Source of the DNA: an uncultured delta proteobacterium
GTDB taxonomy: Bacteria > Desulfobacterota > Desulfuromonadia > Geobacterales > DSM-12255
Assembly (NCBI GenBank): GCA_963787125.1
Contig: CAWBBV010000007.1
Coordinates: 128,001 to 192,000 of the forward strand
Length of the DNA: 64,000 nucleotides
Reading direction: 5' to 3'
In this document: positions 10,286 through 20,215 of the stretch, one piece after another
Layout: the number at the start of each line of letters is the position of its first letter
Numbering within the stretch: position 1 is the stretch's first letter
The notes under the pieces: generated by a model
Told to the model about the DNA's origin: nothing
The model's input: only the letters and a program-made list of their open reading frames with translations
Databases searched by the model: none
Made by a program: the position numbers and the translations under genes

Positions 10286-13200
10286 ATGAGTGGTATGGAA
10301 ATAACAACCACCGGTCTGGAGCAACAGCCCAAAAGTGGATGTAGTCGCCGCGGAGAGCGGCTTACGCTTGCATTCCATCTAAGCATGGTTTTGCCTGCTG
10401 CCGCAGCCTCGTTTTTGTTGACTTGGGCACTGCAACCTTTCATTGATATCCCGCAGAAATACTCAGACTTCATCGTCGGTAATCTTGCCTGGACCGGAAC
10501 GTCTAAAACGACGGATTTTTGTCTTCTCTGGGTATATCTCCTTTTATTCTCAGCTTGTTACGCTGTAATAGCTGGCCTCGCCAGCCGTGTCATCCGCCGA
10601 TTGCCTGCTCATCTGGTTTTCCGTGCTGTCCGTCTGTATTTTGCAGCTTCTTTCCCGGTTTTAGTCTGGCTGCTCGGCTATTTTTACCGGCCGGCGCCAT
10701 CCATGCTCCTCCTGGTATGCTCTTGTCTCTCTATCGTGATTGTTATTTGTCTCCAACTCCGCTTCAGCAATGATTCTGAAGTTAAGACCACTGTTTGTTA
10801 CAATGTTCTGGAAGGGTATGGGGTTCTGCTGGTCGGAAGTATTGCCCTTGCGCAACTGATTGTGCTGATTGCTGCCTGTTGTAAGCCCCTTGCCGCGGTT
10901 TTACCCCCCTTGCTGCCGTTTATTGCCGGAATGGCAGGGGGGCTGCCCCTGTTAGCCCTGGCGCTTGTCCCGATTATGCCGTCACTGCGCGATCTTCTGA
11001 TTCGGTTGGCTGCGGTTCGTATCCAGAAGAGATCGGCCGTTAGGCAGGTAGCAATGACTTTGCCGGCGGTGGCGATTGGCGCGGCAGTCGCGGAAATAAC
11101 TTGGCGTTTCCTGGACGTTGCTCGTCTGGGTGGTTCGGTAGTTATCCGCATGCTGGTTGACGGGGTTATTGCCCCGGGCTTCACCTTTGTGATTTGTGGC
11201 GTATCGGTTGTCGCTGCAGGAGCAACTTACTTTGGTTGCCGACTGATGACCGTCAAGTTCGAACGCGCCGGAGTCCGGGTCAGGGCGCTGCACCTGGCGT
11301 TTAGTTGGGCGTCGATTCCCGCAATTGCCTGGATACTTGGGAGTTTTTTGACTCCGGTCATGTCGCCGCTCTTTTTATTTGTCTCAATCATTTCCCTTTT
11401 GTTGATCGGGCTTATGGCCCGGTTTGGTCTGGAACAGGACAACTCTGCTGATTGGCTGCCGATACTGGTGGGGTGGCACCTGTTTGTTTCGCTTGCTCTG
11501 CTTGATCTGCTTGGATTGGGGACGGCATTGACCAGGATTTTCCCCACAACAACCAGAATCTGGCATGATCAGTTGCCGATGGTTTGTGTTGCCGTCTTGG
11601 CCGGACTATTGGTAACGGTTGGCTTGATGACCAGACAACCGCACTCCGCGAAGGCCTTGAGCAGGTGGTTGTTTTGCGCGCTGCTGCTGCTGCAGGGGCC
11701 ATTGCCGCTGCTTGGCATGGTCCTGGTTCCTCCGGCCTGGTCAATCGGCGCGAACAGTATGTCCAGGCCGTTTGGTGTTACGATACTTCTTACGGTTCTG
11801 TTGGGTTTCGCAGGGATTGTCTCTTTGCTTCCTCTTTGGCGCAACTACCGGCAGATTACCGCAACTGCCGTGCCGGCCCCGATTGCAGCGCTCAAAGCTG
11901 GCAGTCTACTGTTTGTCCTGCTTTTCCTCAGCCGCCAGACCTTTATCGGGACTAATCTGCCGACCGATGATTATCATTTCGGAGAGGTTCTTGCCCCATG
12001 GTTCCAGTATATCCGTTTCGGCAAAATTCCTTATATTGACATCTATCCCACCCACGGCCTTTATGAATTTCTGAACGGCTGGTTTTCCCAACTGTTCTTT
12101 GACGGCTCTCCTCTGGCTGTCGAAGCGTGTTACAACCTGGTGTATGGCGCCGTTATGGTCGGGGTATATCTGCTGGCCAGCCGGCTCATCGGAACTATTG
12201 AGGCACTGCTGGTGCTGATCTGTTTCCCGATTCCTCAACAGGAGTGGCGTGTACTCTTTCCCGTGTTATTTTTCCTGCTACTTGCCCAGCAGCGACTGCT
12301 GCGCTCCCCACTTGCCTGGCTGATGGTCTGGTTCGTGAGTTCATTTGTCTTTGCTCTGACGACCGTCAATTTGCCCGCTGCAATTCTAGCGGCACTGCCA
12401 ATTGTCTTCGTAATGTTGGTCCGTGCTTATCGGCAGAATGCAATGCTTTTCTTGAAAACAGTTGGCTGTTCGCTTGTCGCCGTTGCTGTCATTATGCTGG
12501 CAACTCCTGTTGGAAAAGTGGTCATGGGATACATCGCTTTCCTGCTGGAGAACGCCCGACATGTTGTAGTATCAGGTGGAACAACATGGATGTACGTGTT
12601 TGGCAAAATGGATCTACCTAATCTGCGCCTTTCCGGGCAGGCGTTTGAACTCCTCAGACTGTCTTGGGTTATAGCCTTGCTGTTTGGTGTGCCGTTCCTT
12701 CTACAGGCCCTGAGGCGTCTGAGACGGGGGGAGGGGGTCCACAGTACTGCTTGTCTGGTCTGCTGCTGGATTGCCAATACATTCTTGATGGTGTCTTATA
12801 CGCTGAACCGGATTGATGTGGGTGCGCTGTCACGGACCGGGTACTTTTCGCTGCTTACCCTGAGTCTGATTGCTCCGCTGGTGCTGCTGAGCGGTCATAT
12901 CCGTGTTCGCCATCGGGTGTTGTTGCCTCTCATGCTTTTTCTGGCCGTGATTGGCGGTGTCTTCGGCGAAACTTTGGCCGTTGCAAGAATCCGGGACAAT
13001 GTGGCGGCTATCGTGCCAATAACAGAGGAGAAGATGCGTAGCTTGAACCGGGTACGGCAGGTACTGCCGGGTGTCGGATCGGCTGTGATTGAAGATGGGC
13101 GACTGATTGACATGCTGAATTTGAAGCAGTCCCTAACGACCCTGCTCAGACCGGGGGAGACTTATGCGGATTTGCTGAACCGGCCGGCTTTGTATAGCTA

Positions 13201-14020
13201 CCTTGACCAGGAGCTCGCTTTTTTCAACTCCAGCATCTATTCCATGGGATCGACTGAGATGCAGTTGCTGGAAGTCAAGGCGCTCAGGGAGAAAAAAATA
13301 CCGCTGATCCTTGCCGATGACAACTATAAAAATATCAAGATTGACAGATCACCGGCATCGCTGCGTGCGTACTACATTTACCGCTATGTCGTGCTTAATT
13401 ACCGACCGATGATGTCAAAAGGTTCGATGTTTATGGTGTTACCTGAAAGGCTTCCGGAAGCGGCGGTCCTTGGGCGGGATACGGAGTTGGATCTGCTTGA
13501 TAATGCTTTTGCCGTGCCGTTTATGAGGAAAATACCGACCTCCTGGGGTCGCTCTCTGACTACACTCAAGCCGCGTCTGGTAAAAGTTGCCGATATAGAC
13601 CAAACTCTTCTGGCGGGCACACAGAATCTGACAATAAATCCAAAGGGCGGGTTCTTGACGTCAAGTTTGATTCCTTCTCTGGATTACGACATATCTTCTC
13701 TTGGCCTAAGTGGCAGGAAAGCAGGAATGCTAGCTTTTAACGTACACTGTTTGTCGTCGGACCAGAATGATGGCGTGCCTGTAGCTGTCTCCTGGGCAAC
13801 TGCCGACATGTCCCAGCCAAATGACAAGACAATGGTGACATTTATCGCTGACGCGAATGGCACTGTTCTAGTCCCTATGGATGTCAACCCCAGGTGGCTT
13901 CTTGCCGACCATCTCAGCAGGCTTCGAATCCAGGTTGAGCCTGCCGTATGCAGCTCAATAAATATCTCTGATATAAAGATATACCAGCGGCGCAAACTTT
14001 TTGAGCCGGAATGGCAATAA
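10286..14020 (+). CDS. 1244-aa polytopic membrane protein, probable GT-C transferase with a periplasmic C-terminal domain
   Basis: Roughly 20 or more hydrophobic segments; GT-C-like loop DDYHFGE..W..GKIPYID.YPTHG; soluble C-terminal ~330 aa. Confidence 0.6.
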   Translation: MSGMEITTTGLEQQPKSGCSRRGERLTLAFHLSMVLPAAAASFLLTWALQPFIDIPQKYSDFIVGNLAWTGTSKTTDFCLLWVYLLLFSACYAVIAGLASRVIRRLPAHLVFRAVRLYFAASFPVLVWLLGYFYRPAPSMLLLVCSCLSIVIVICLQLRFSNDSEVKTTVCYNVLEGYGVLLVGSIALAQLIVLIAACCKPLAAVLPPLLPFIAGMAGGLPLLALALVPIMPSLRDLLIRLAAVRIQKRSAVRQVAMTLPAVAIGAAVAEITWRFLDVARLGGSVVIRMLVDGVIAPGFTFVICGVSVVAAGATYFGCRLMTVKFERAGVRVRALHLAFSWASIPAIAWILGSFLTPVMSPLFLFVSIISLLLIGLMARFGLEQDNSADWLPILVGWHLFVSLALLDLLGLGTALTRIFPTTTRIWHDQLPMVCVAVLAGLLVTVGLMTRQPHSAKALSRWLFCALLLLQGPLPLLGMVLVPPAWSIGANSMSRPFGVTILLTVLLGFAGIVSLLPLWRNYRQITATAVPAPIAALKAGSLLFVLLFLSRQTFIGTNLPTDDYHFGEVLAPWFQYIRFGKIPYIDIYPTHGLYEFLNGWFSQLFFDGSPLAVEACYNLVYGAVMVGVYLLASRLIGTIEALLVLICFPIPQQEWRVLFPVLFFLLLAQQRLLRSPLAWLMVWFVSSFVFALTTVNLPAAILAALPIVFVMLVRAYRQNAMLFLKTVGCSLVAVAVIMLATPVGKVVMGYIAFLLENARHVVVSGGTTWMYVFGKMDLPNLRLSGQAFELLRLSWVIALLFGVPFLLQALRRLRRGEGVHSTACLVCCWIANTFLMVSYTLNRIDVGALSRTGYFSLLTLSLIAPLVLLSGHIRVRHRVLLPLMLFLAVIGGVFGETLAVARIRDNVAAIVPITEEKMRSLNRVRQVLPGVGSAVIEDGRLIDMLNLKQSLTTLLRPGETYADLLNRPALYSYLDQELAFFNSSIYSMGSTEMQLLEVKALREKKIPLILADDNYKNIKIDRSPASLRAYYIYRYVVLNYRPMMSKGSMFMVLPERLPEAAVLGRDTELDLLDNAFAVPFMRKIPTSWGRSLTTLKPRLVKVADIDQTLLAGTQNLTINPKGGFLTSSLIPSLDYDISSLGLSGRKAGMLAFNVHCLSSDQNDGVPVAVSWATADMSQPNDKTMVTFIADANGTVLVPMDVNPRWLLADHLSRLRIQVEPAVCSSINISDIKIYQRRKLFEPEWQ

Positions 14021-14077
14021 CAAAGACAGGGCTGAGTTCAATCAAATGGCTGTCGGCGGAAATTTGGGAGAAGAGTA

Positions 14078-15154
14078 ATGTCGAGTCAATTTTGGCAGGG
14101 GAAGCGGGTTTTTCTGACCGGACATACCGGATTCAAAGGAAGTTGGCTCTGTCTCTGGTTGCGCAGCATGGGCGCCCAGGTTACCGGTTATGCCCTGGAA
14201 CCACCCACTGAGCCGAGTATCTTTGCGCTGGCGAGAGTCGGCGAAATTGTACATTCGATCATCGCCGATGTGCGTGATCTGGAACGACTGAAAACGGAGA
14301 TGCTGCTTGCCGCTCCCGAGATTGTCATCCATATGGCGGCCCAGCCATTGGTCCGCGATTCCTATAAGCTTCCGGTGGAAACCTATGCGATCAATGTGAT
14401 GGGAACCGTCCATCTGCTGGAAGCGGTACGATCTTGCCCGACTGTGAGAGCCGTGGTAAACGTGACCACAGATAAGGTTTATGAAAACCGTGAATGGCAC
14501 TGGGGGTACCGGGAGAATGAGCCGATGGGAGGGTATGATCCCTACTCCAACAGCAAAGGGTGCTCGGAGCTGGTGACTGCCGCCTATCGCAGTTCCTACT
14601 TTAATCCTCTTGAGTATGACCGGCATGGTGTTGCTGTTGCCACGGCCCGGGCAGGTAATGTCATCGGCGGCGGGGATTGGGCCAATGACCGTCTTATCCC
14701 CGATATAATCAGGGCTATCCTGGCAGGAGAGCCGGTACAGGTCCGCAATCCGCATGCCGTTCGTCCCTGGCAGCATGTTCTCGAACCGCTTTCCGGTTAT
14801 CTGCTGCTGGCTGAGCGCCTCTACGAGGATGGTGTCGCATTTGCCTCCGGCTGGAACTTTGGTTCGCCGGAAGAGGATGCCCGCCCGGTGCAGTGGCTGG
14901 TGGAGCGACTCTGTGCCATCTGGGGAAGTGGAGCATCCTGGCAGCTTGATGATGGAGAGCACCCCCATGAGGCCCATTACCTCAAACTCGATTGCAGTAA
15001 AGCCCATGCTGAACTGGGATGGTGGCCCCGGTGGGGGCTGGAGAAGGCTCTGGAGAGCATTGCCGCCTGGACCAAGGTCTATAAGTCAGGCGGTGATCTC
15101 AGGCAGATATGTGAGGAACAGATTATGAATTTTCAACGTTACGAGGTGAAATAA
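14078..15154 (+). CDS. rfbG: CDP-glucose 4,6-dehydratase
   Basis: FWQGKRVFLTGHTGFKGSWL, HMAAQPLVR.SY, DPYSNSKGC, RAGNVIGGGDW, RPWQHVLEPL. Confidence 0.95.
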   Translation: MSSQFWQGKRVFLTGHTGFKGSWLCLWLRSMGAQVTGYALEPPTEPSIFALARVGEIVHSIIADVRDLERLKTEMLLAAPEIVIHMAAQPLVRDSYKLPVETYAINVMGTVHLLEAVRSCPTVRAVVNVTTDKVYENREWHWGYRENEPMGGYDPYSNSKGCSELVTAAYRSSYFNPLEYDRHGVAVATARAGNVIGGGDWANDRLIPDIIRAILAGEPVQVRNPHAVRPWQHVLEPLSGYLLLAERLYEDGVAFASGWNFGSPEEDARPVQWLVERLCAIWGSGASWQLDDGEHPHEAHYLKLDCSKAHAELGWWPRWGLEKALESIAAWTKVYKSGGDLRQICEEQIMNFQRYEVK

Positions 15155-16374
15155 TGAATTGCCGGTTTTGTGGTAAAGAAGAAATATTCAAGTTTCTGGA
15201 TCTTGGAACGATGGCGTTGGCCAACAGTTTCCTGACCGCAGAAGAACTCAGCTCCATTGCCGAACCAGAATGTCCTCTGGATGTTTTCTTCTGTGAAGTG
15301 TGCGGTTTGGTGCAGATTGGCCATGTGGTCTCCCCGGATGCACTTTTCAAGGATTACATATATTTTTCCGCAACCTCGGACCTGGTTCATCGGCATGCTG
15401 CTTATCTTGCCGAGAGCTTTCAGCGGCGTTTCAATCTTTCGCCGGAATCTTTGGTAGTAGAGATAGCCAGTAATGACGGTACCGTTCTCTCCTACTTTAA
15501 AAAGACCGGGGTCAATGTACTTGGAGTCGAGCCGGCGAGCAACATTGCCGCCGTTGCCACTGAATCAGGTATCACTACGGTCAATGAATTCTTTCACGCT
15601 GATTCGGCTGCGGCTCTAAAACAACAGTACGGGGCCGCGGATGTGATTCTTGCGCGTCACGTATTTGCACATGTTCCGGAGATTCATAGTTTCGTCAAGG
15701 GACTCAGGGACTTACTGGCGTCTGGTGGCGCAGTAGCCATCGAGGCTCCGTACCTGATCGACTTTGTAGAGAAAAACGAGTTTGACACGGTCTACCATGA
15801 GCACTATTCCTATCTCTCAGTGCGGGCAATGGTGCACCTTTTCGCCAAATACGGCATGGAAGTTTTCGATGTTGAACAAGTGGCAATCCATGGCGGCTCT
15901 ATCATCTATTTCATCGGCCATGCCGGAGCTCACCCGGTTGCCGGCAATGTGCAGACACTGATTGACGCGGAGCTTGCCAAAGGGTTAGGCGAAAAGGAGA
16001 CGTACGTCGCTTTTGCAGAACGAACCGCACGGATCAAGGCAGAAACTTTGATCCTGCTGCGAGACCTTAAATCACAGGGGAAGCGGATTGCTGCCTACGG
16101 CGCCCCTGCCAAGGGGAATACTTTTCTTAATTACTGCGGCATTGGCACTGATCTGGTTGAATATACGGTGGATAAGAGCCCTTACAAACAATGCCTTTAT
16201 ACGCCGGGTATGCATCTGCCCGTGTATCACCCCGATAAACTGGCTCAGGACATGCCGGATTTTGTACTGCTGCTGGCATGGAACTTTGCTGAAGAAATTA
16301 TTGAGCAGCAGCGGGAATACCTGGATAAAGGCGGAAAGTTCATTCAGGCGATCCCGGAAGTCAGAATTCTGTGA
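15154..16374 (+). CDS. NDP-hexose C-methyltransferase (SAM-dependent, with Zn-binding N-terminus)
   Basis: CRFC..LDLG..LANSFL, CEVCGLVQ, EIASNDG, FDTVYHEHYSY, IHGGS, YGAPAKGNTFLNY, LLLAWNF: TylC3/NovU-type C3-methyltransferase architecture. Confidence 0.88.
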   Translation: MNCRFCGKEEIFKFLDLGTMALANSFLTAEELSSIAEPECPLDVFFCEVCGLVQIGHVVSPDALFKDYIYFSATSDLVHRHAAYLAESFQRRFNLSPESLVVEIASNDGTVLSYFKKTGVNVLGVEPASNIAAVATESGITTVNEFFHADSAAALKQQYGAADVILARHVFAHVPEIHSFVKGLRDLLASGGAVAIEAPYLIDFVEKNEFDTVYHEHYSYLSVRAMVHLFAKYGMEVFDVEQVAIHGGSIIYFIGHAGAHPVAGNVQTLIDAELAKGLGEKETYVAFAERTARIKAETLILLRDLKSQGKRIAAYGAPAKGNTFLNYCGIGTDLVEYTVDKSPYKQCLYTPGMHLPVYHPDKLAQDMPDFVLLLAWNFAEEIIEQQREYLDKGGKFIQAIPEVRIL

Positions 16375-16910
16375 TCTTTAGCGAAACGGCTCTTGCCGGT
16401 GCATTTCTGATTGAGCTTGATCGCCGTAAGGATGAACGGGGGTATTTTGCCCGGTCGTTCTGTGTGCAGGAGTTTGCGGACCACGGGCTGCCGACAGGGG
16501 TTCTCCAGTGCAATGTTTCGTTCAATCTGACCCGAGGGACTCTTCGAGGAATGCACTTTCAGAGGACACCGCTGGCGGAAGCAAAGCTGGTGAGATGTAC
16601 CCGGGGGGCGATCTATGACGTTATCGTTGATTTGCGGCAAGAATCCTCCACCTATTGCCGCTGGTATGGTGTCGAATTGACGGAAGAGAACGGTTCGGCG
16701 CTCTTTATCCCCGAAGGTTTTGCCCACGGTTTCCAGACTCTTGCGGACAGCAGTGAGGTGTTTTACCAGATGTTCACCGGCTACTCTGCCGAACATGCTG
16801 ACGGTGTTCGCTGGAATGATCCGGCTTTCGGTATCTCCTGGCCATTGCCGGTGGGTACTATTGCAGAGAAAGACCGCTCATTTGCTTTGCTGCACGATAG
16901 GGGGCGCTAA
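16371..16910 (+). CDS. rfbC: NDP-4-keto-6-deoxyhexose 3,5-epimerase (RfbC/RmlC family)
   Basis: DERGYFARSF, GTLRGMHFQ, EAKLVRC.RGAIYDV.VDLR, IPEGFAHGFQTL, GVRWNDPAFGI.WP. Confidence 0.9.
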   Translation: MIFSETALAGAFLIELDRRKDERGYFARSFCVQEFADHGLPTGVLQCNVSFNLTRGTLRGMHFQRTPLAEAKLVRCTRGAIYDVIVDLRQESSTYCRWYGVELTEENGSALFIPEGFAHGFQTLADSSEVFYQMFTGYSAEHADGVRWNDPAFGISWPLPVGTIAEKDRSFALLHDRGR

Positions 16911-17795
16911 GTGAGGATTCTTCTCATTGGTAAAACCGGCCAACTGGGCGGCGATCTGATCAGGACCAATCCGGGACATGAAGTCATTGCTCCCGGGCGG
17001 GATGAGCTTGATCTTGCTGACTCGACAGCCATTGAGCGCGTGGTGCGTGAATGTCGTCCGGATATTGTCATAAATACGGCGGCGTTTCATAATGTCCCGC
17101 TTTGTGAGACCCAAGTGGCGCAGGCCTTCCTGATCAACTGTGCCGCAGTGCGTGACCTGGCGCTCGCTTGTCGGACTTTGGGAAGCCGGTTCGTGACCTT
17201 CAGCAGTGATTATGTTTTTGGCGGCGATAAGCGTACCCCCTACAACGAAGATGACAGGCCGCAACCGCTGCAGATGTACGGCATCTCACGGCTTGCCGGT
17301 GAGCTTGCGGCTCAGGCAGCCTACGCTGAAGGGACTGTGATCATCCGCACCTGTGGTCTTTACGGGCGGAGCGGCGCCCAGTCAAAGGGGGGCAATTTTG
17401 TCGACAAGCGGCTGGCGGATGCAAAACTATCGTCGCGGCTGGAGATGGGCTGCGACCAGGTGGTTTCACCCACAGCTACCAGTGATCTTGCCCGGGCGGT
17501 CTGGCAGTTGTTGGCCCATCCCGGAGCAGAGCCGGGCCTTTATCATCTGGTGAATGAAGGCGCCTGCAGCTGGTATGACTTCACCCGTGCGATTTACGAG
17601 CTTGCCGGAGTGGCGATGGAGGTAATCCCTGTTGATCGGGGAGGGTTGAGCGGCAGTATGCGCCGCCCTCTTTATTCAGCCCTGGAGTGCCGACGTGCAA
17701 GGGCTTGCGGCGTGGTTATGCCGGGCTGGCGTGACGCTCTTATCAGGTACCTCCGTGAAAGCGGTGCTTGCAGCCCAGCGACTGAAGGGCAATAA
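16911..17795 (+). CDS. rfbD: NDP-4-keto-6-deoxyhexose reductase (RfbD/RmlD family)
   Basis: LIGKTGQLG, INTAAF, SSDYVFGG, YGISR (a YxxxK variant), DQVVSPT, RRPLYSAL. Confidence 0.85.
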   Translation: MRILLIGKTGQLGGDLIRTNPGHEVIAPGRDELDLADSTAIERVVRECRPDIVINTAAFHNVPLCETQVAQAFLINCAAVRDLALACRTLGSRFVTFSSDYVFGGDKRTPYNEDDRPQPLQMYGISRLAGELAAQAAYAEGTVIIRTCGLYGRSGAQSKGGNFVDKRLADAKLSSRLEMGCDQVVSPTATSDLARAVWQLLAHPGAEPGLYHLVNEGACSWYDFTRAIYELAGVAMEVIPVDRGGLSGSMRRPLYSALECRRARACGVVMPGWRDALIRYLRESGACSPATEGQ

Positions 17796-17825
17796 CCCAA
17801 CCTCGATTAAGGAAGCTTTTCCCTG

Positions 17826-19250
17826 ATGGCTAAAATTACTTTTTTACAAAACGTATGGTTCGAATTCCTTGGTCCGATGCATCTTTCGGCACTGCTCAAA
17901 AGTCATGGCCACGAATGCGACCTGATTATCGGCAACACTGCAGAAGAATTCCTGCCCCTGCTGCTTGAATCCAGACCGGATATCATTGCATTTTCGGTCA
18001 TGACAGGCAGTCAGCAATGGGCGGTAGCCACGGCGCGGCAGTTGCAGGATCAACTGGGCTGCCTGACGCTCCTGGGGGGACCGCATCCGACCTTTTTCCC
18101 TGAAGTTGTAAAGGAAGAAGGCATTGATATAATCTGTCGCGGAGAAGGAGAGGACGCGATCCTTGAGCTGGCAGACGCCGTTTCAAGTGGCAGTGATTAC
18201 AGCGATATCCTGAATTTATGGGTAAAAATGCCTGACAAGCGGGTGAAGCAAAACGATGTCCGGCAACTGATCGCAGATCTGGATGCATTCCCGCCCCCCG
18301 ACCGGCAACTCTATTCACGGTATCCCATTCTCTGCAATAATCCGGTCAAGGTGTTTCTTTCCAGCAGGGGTTGTCCGTACAACTGTTCCTTTTGCTTCAA
18401 TCACCAGATGATGCAGTTATACAAGGGGAAGGGCCGTTATGTGCGCCACCGTTCCCCGGAATCGCTGCTCGTCGAGATCGAAACGACTATGGCAGCGTTT
18501 TCCGTCCGCAGGATATATTTCTGCGATGACACTTTCGCCTTGAACCGGTCATGGCTACAGGAGTTCCTCCCCGCATATGGCAGGCGAATCGGCAGCACTT
18601 TTCACTGCCTTCTCAGGATAAATCAACTTGACGAAGATCTTGTCCGACTCCTGGCGGCAAATGGCTGCGTAACGGTTTTCTGGGGGATTGAATCCGGTGA
18701 TGAAGAGATTCGCAACCTGCTGTTACACAAGGAAATATCTGACAGCGATATCATGAAAGGCGCGGCGCTCCTGAAAAAGCAGGGGATCTCTTTCAGGACC
18801 TACAATATTATCGGTTTTCCCGGTGAAACGTTGGCGCAGGCATTTAAAACGCTGGAGTTGAATATTGCAATACAGACTGATTTCCCCTGGTGTTCACTAT
18901 TCATGCCCTATTCCGGCACAGCCTTGGCCGATTATGCGGTCGACAAGGGGTTCCTCCCGAAGGATATCTGTTCCCATGATATGGAGGTCTCTTTTCATAT
19001 TTCTTCAGTACTGCATAACCCTGACAAAGGCAAGATAGTGAATCTGCACAAGTTCTTTCAGACTGCAGTCAAGATCCCGGCGCTTCTTCCCCTGATTCGC
19101 CAATTGATTAAACTGCCGCCCAATCCTTTCTTTCAGCTCTGGTTTTCGTTTGTGTACTTTATCTTATATGTCAGGTCAGAAGGGCGCTCTACACTGGGTA
19201 CGATTGCCCTGGGGATGAAAAATGCCCAGTTTTTCAAGAAGAGTAAGTGA
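17826..19250 (+). CDS. B12-binding radical SAM protein (class B methyltransferase-like)
   Basis: N-terminal cobalamin-binding domain (GGPHPT, GEGE), SRGCPYNCSFC, DDTF, GIESG, IIGFPGET. Confidence 0.88.
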   Translation: MAKITFLQNVWFEFLGPMHLSALLKSHGHECDLIIGNTAEEFLPLLLESRPDIIAFSVMTGSQQWAVATARQLQDQLGCLTLLGGPHPTFFPEVVKEEGIDIICRGEGEDAILELADAVSSGSDYSDILNLWVKMPDKRVKQNDVRQLIADLDAFPPPDRQLYSRYPILCNNPVKVFLSSRGCPYNCSFCFNHQMMQLYKGKGRYVRHRSPESLLVEIETTMAAFSVRRIYFCDDTFALNRSWLQEFLPAYGRRIGSTFHCLLRINQLDEDLVRLLAANGCVTVFWGIESGDEEIRNLLLHKEISDSDIMKGAALLKKQGISFRTYNIIGFPGETLAQAFKTLELNIAIQTDFPWCSLFMPYSGTALADYAVDKGFLPKDICSHDMEVSFHISSVLHNPDKGKIVNLHKFFQTAVKIPALLPLIRQLIKLPPNPFFQLWFSFVYFILYVRSEGRSTLGTIALGMKNAQFFKKSK

Positions 19251-19253
19251 GCT

Positions 19254-20162
19254 GTGCCGGTGCCTGATAAACATTCGGGAAAGTATTGCTTGATGTCAGA
19301 CATTTGCGTCGTGCATCTGGTCCGGAAAAAAAATGGCATCGAGCCATTTAAGCGCTTTGTTGACTCTTATTTGAAGCATGCTGCCGGTAGAGACCATGAC
19401 TTATTGCTAGTTTTCAAAGGGTTTTCGCCTAACGACAATATCGAAGCGTATGTCGGGTTACTGGCTAATGTACGCTACCGCACGATGTATGTGTCTGATT
19501 TTGGTTTTGATATCAGCGCCTACATGAAGGCTGCCGCTGCAACTGATTATGCTTACGGGTACTATTGTTTTCTGAATTCATTCAGCACCATTCTTTGCGA
19601 CAACTGGCTGCTGAACCTTTACTCGATGGTTTCAATGGAAAATGTCGGGTTGGCAGGTGCTACCGGATCATATGAGAGTCCTTATACCTATACATTGAAA
19701 AAGCCTGGGATGAGGAAAGTTATCCCTTTTGGTAGATTTCAGCTAACGGTGCCTGATTTTGTCCAGAAACTGCACAATATGACGGTTAAAAAGTTGGAAC
19801 AGGTTCAATATAAAGCTTATTTCGACCCGTTTCCCAACTACCACATCCGGACAAATGCTTTCATTATTTCAGGCAAATTGTTGAGCAAAATCAAATGTCG
19901 TCCGATTCTGAACAAGATGGATGCCCATCGCTTTGAAAGCGGTAAAGATAGTCTCTCAAAACAAATTATGCGCATGGGGAGAGATATAGTAATTGTTGGT
20001 AAGGATGGGGTTGGCTATGGAAAAAAAGATTGGCCTAACAGCTATACATTTAGGGTTGGCAATCAAGAAAATTTGCTCATAGCTGATAACCAAACTATGA
20101 AATATTTAGCAGGTGATGAGGTGGCTCGAAATGAGCTATCAATGAGTACCTGGGGCACATAG
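19254..20162 (+). CDS. hypothetical protein, glycosyltransferase-like (start may be ATG 19293)
   Basis: GFDISAY..A, YCFLNSFS, HIRTNAF, FESGK.SLS motifs resemble RgpF-like transferases; lower GC than its upstream neighbours. Confidence 0.55.
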   Translation: MPVPDKHSGKYCLMSDICVVHLVRKKNGIEPFKRFVDSYLKHAAGRDHDLLLVFKGFSPNDNIEAYVGLLANVRYRTMYVSDFGFDISAYMKAAAATDYAYGYYCFLNSFSTILCDNWLLNLYSMVSMENVGLAGATGSYESPYTYTLKKPGMRKVIPFGRFQLTVPDFVQKLHNMTVKKLEQVQYKAYFDPFPNYHIRTNAFIISGKLLSKIKCRPILNKMDAHRFESGKDSLSKQIMRMGRDIVIVGKDGVGYGKKDWPNSYTFRVGNQENLLIADNQTMKYLAGDEVARNELSMSTWGT

Positions 20163-20215
20163 TATAGACCGAAAACATAACTAATGGATCTGATATCAAC
20201 AATGAAAGGAGTGTA

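Noticed and set aside
14042..15007. 321-aa minus-strand ORF
   Set aside because: Antisense shadow of rfbG with no recognisable motifs. The same applies to 23243..23965, 36381..37208, 38785..39567 and the other nested ORFs.
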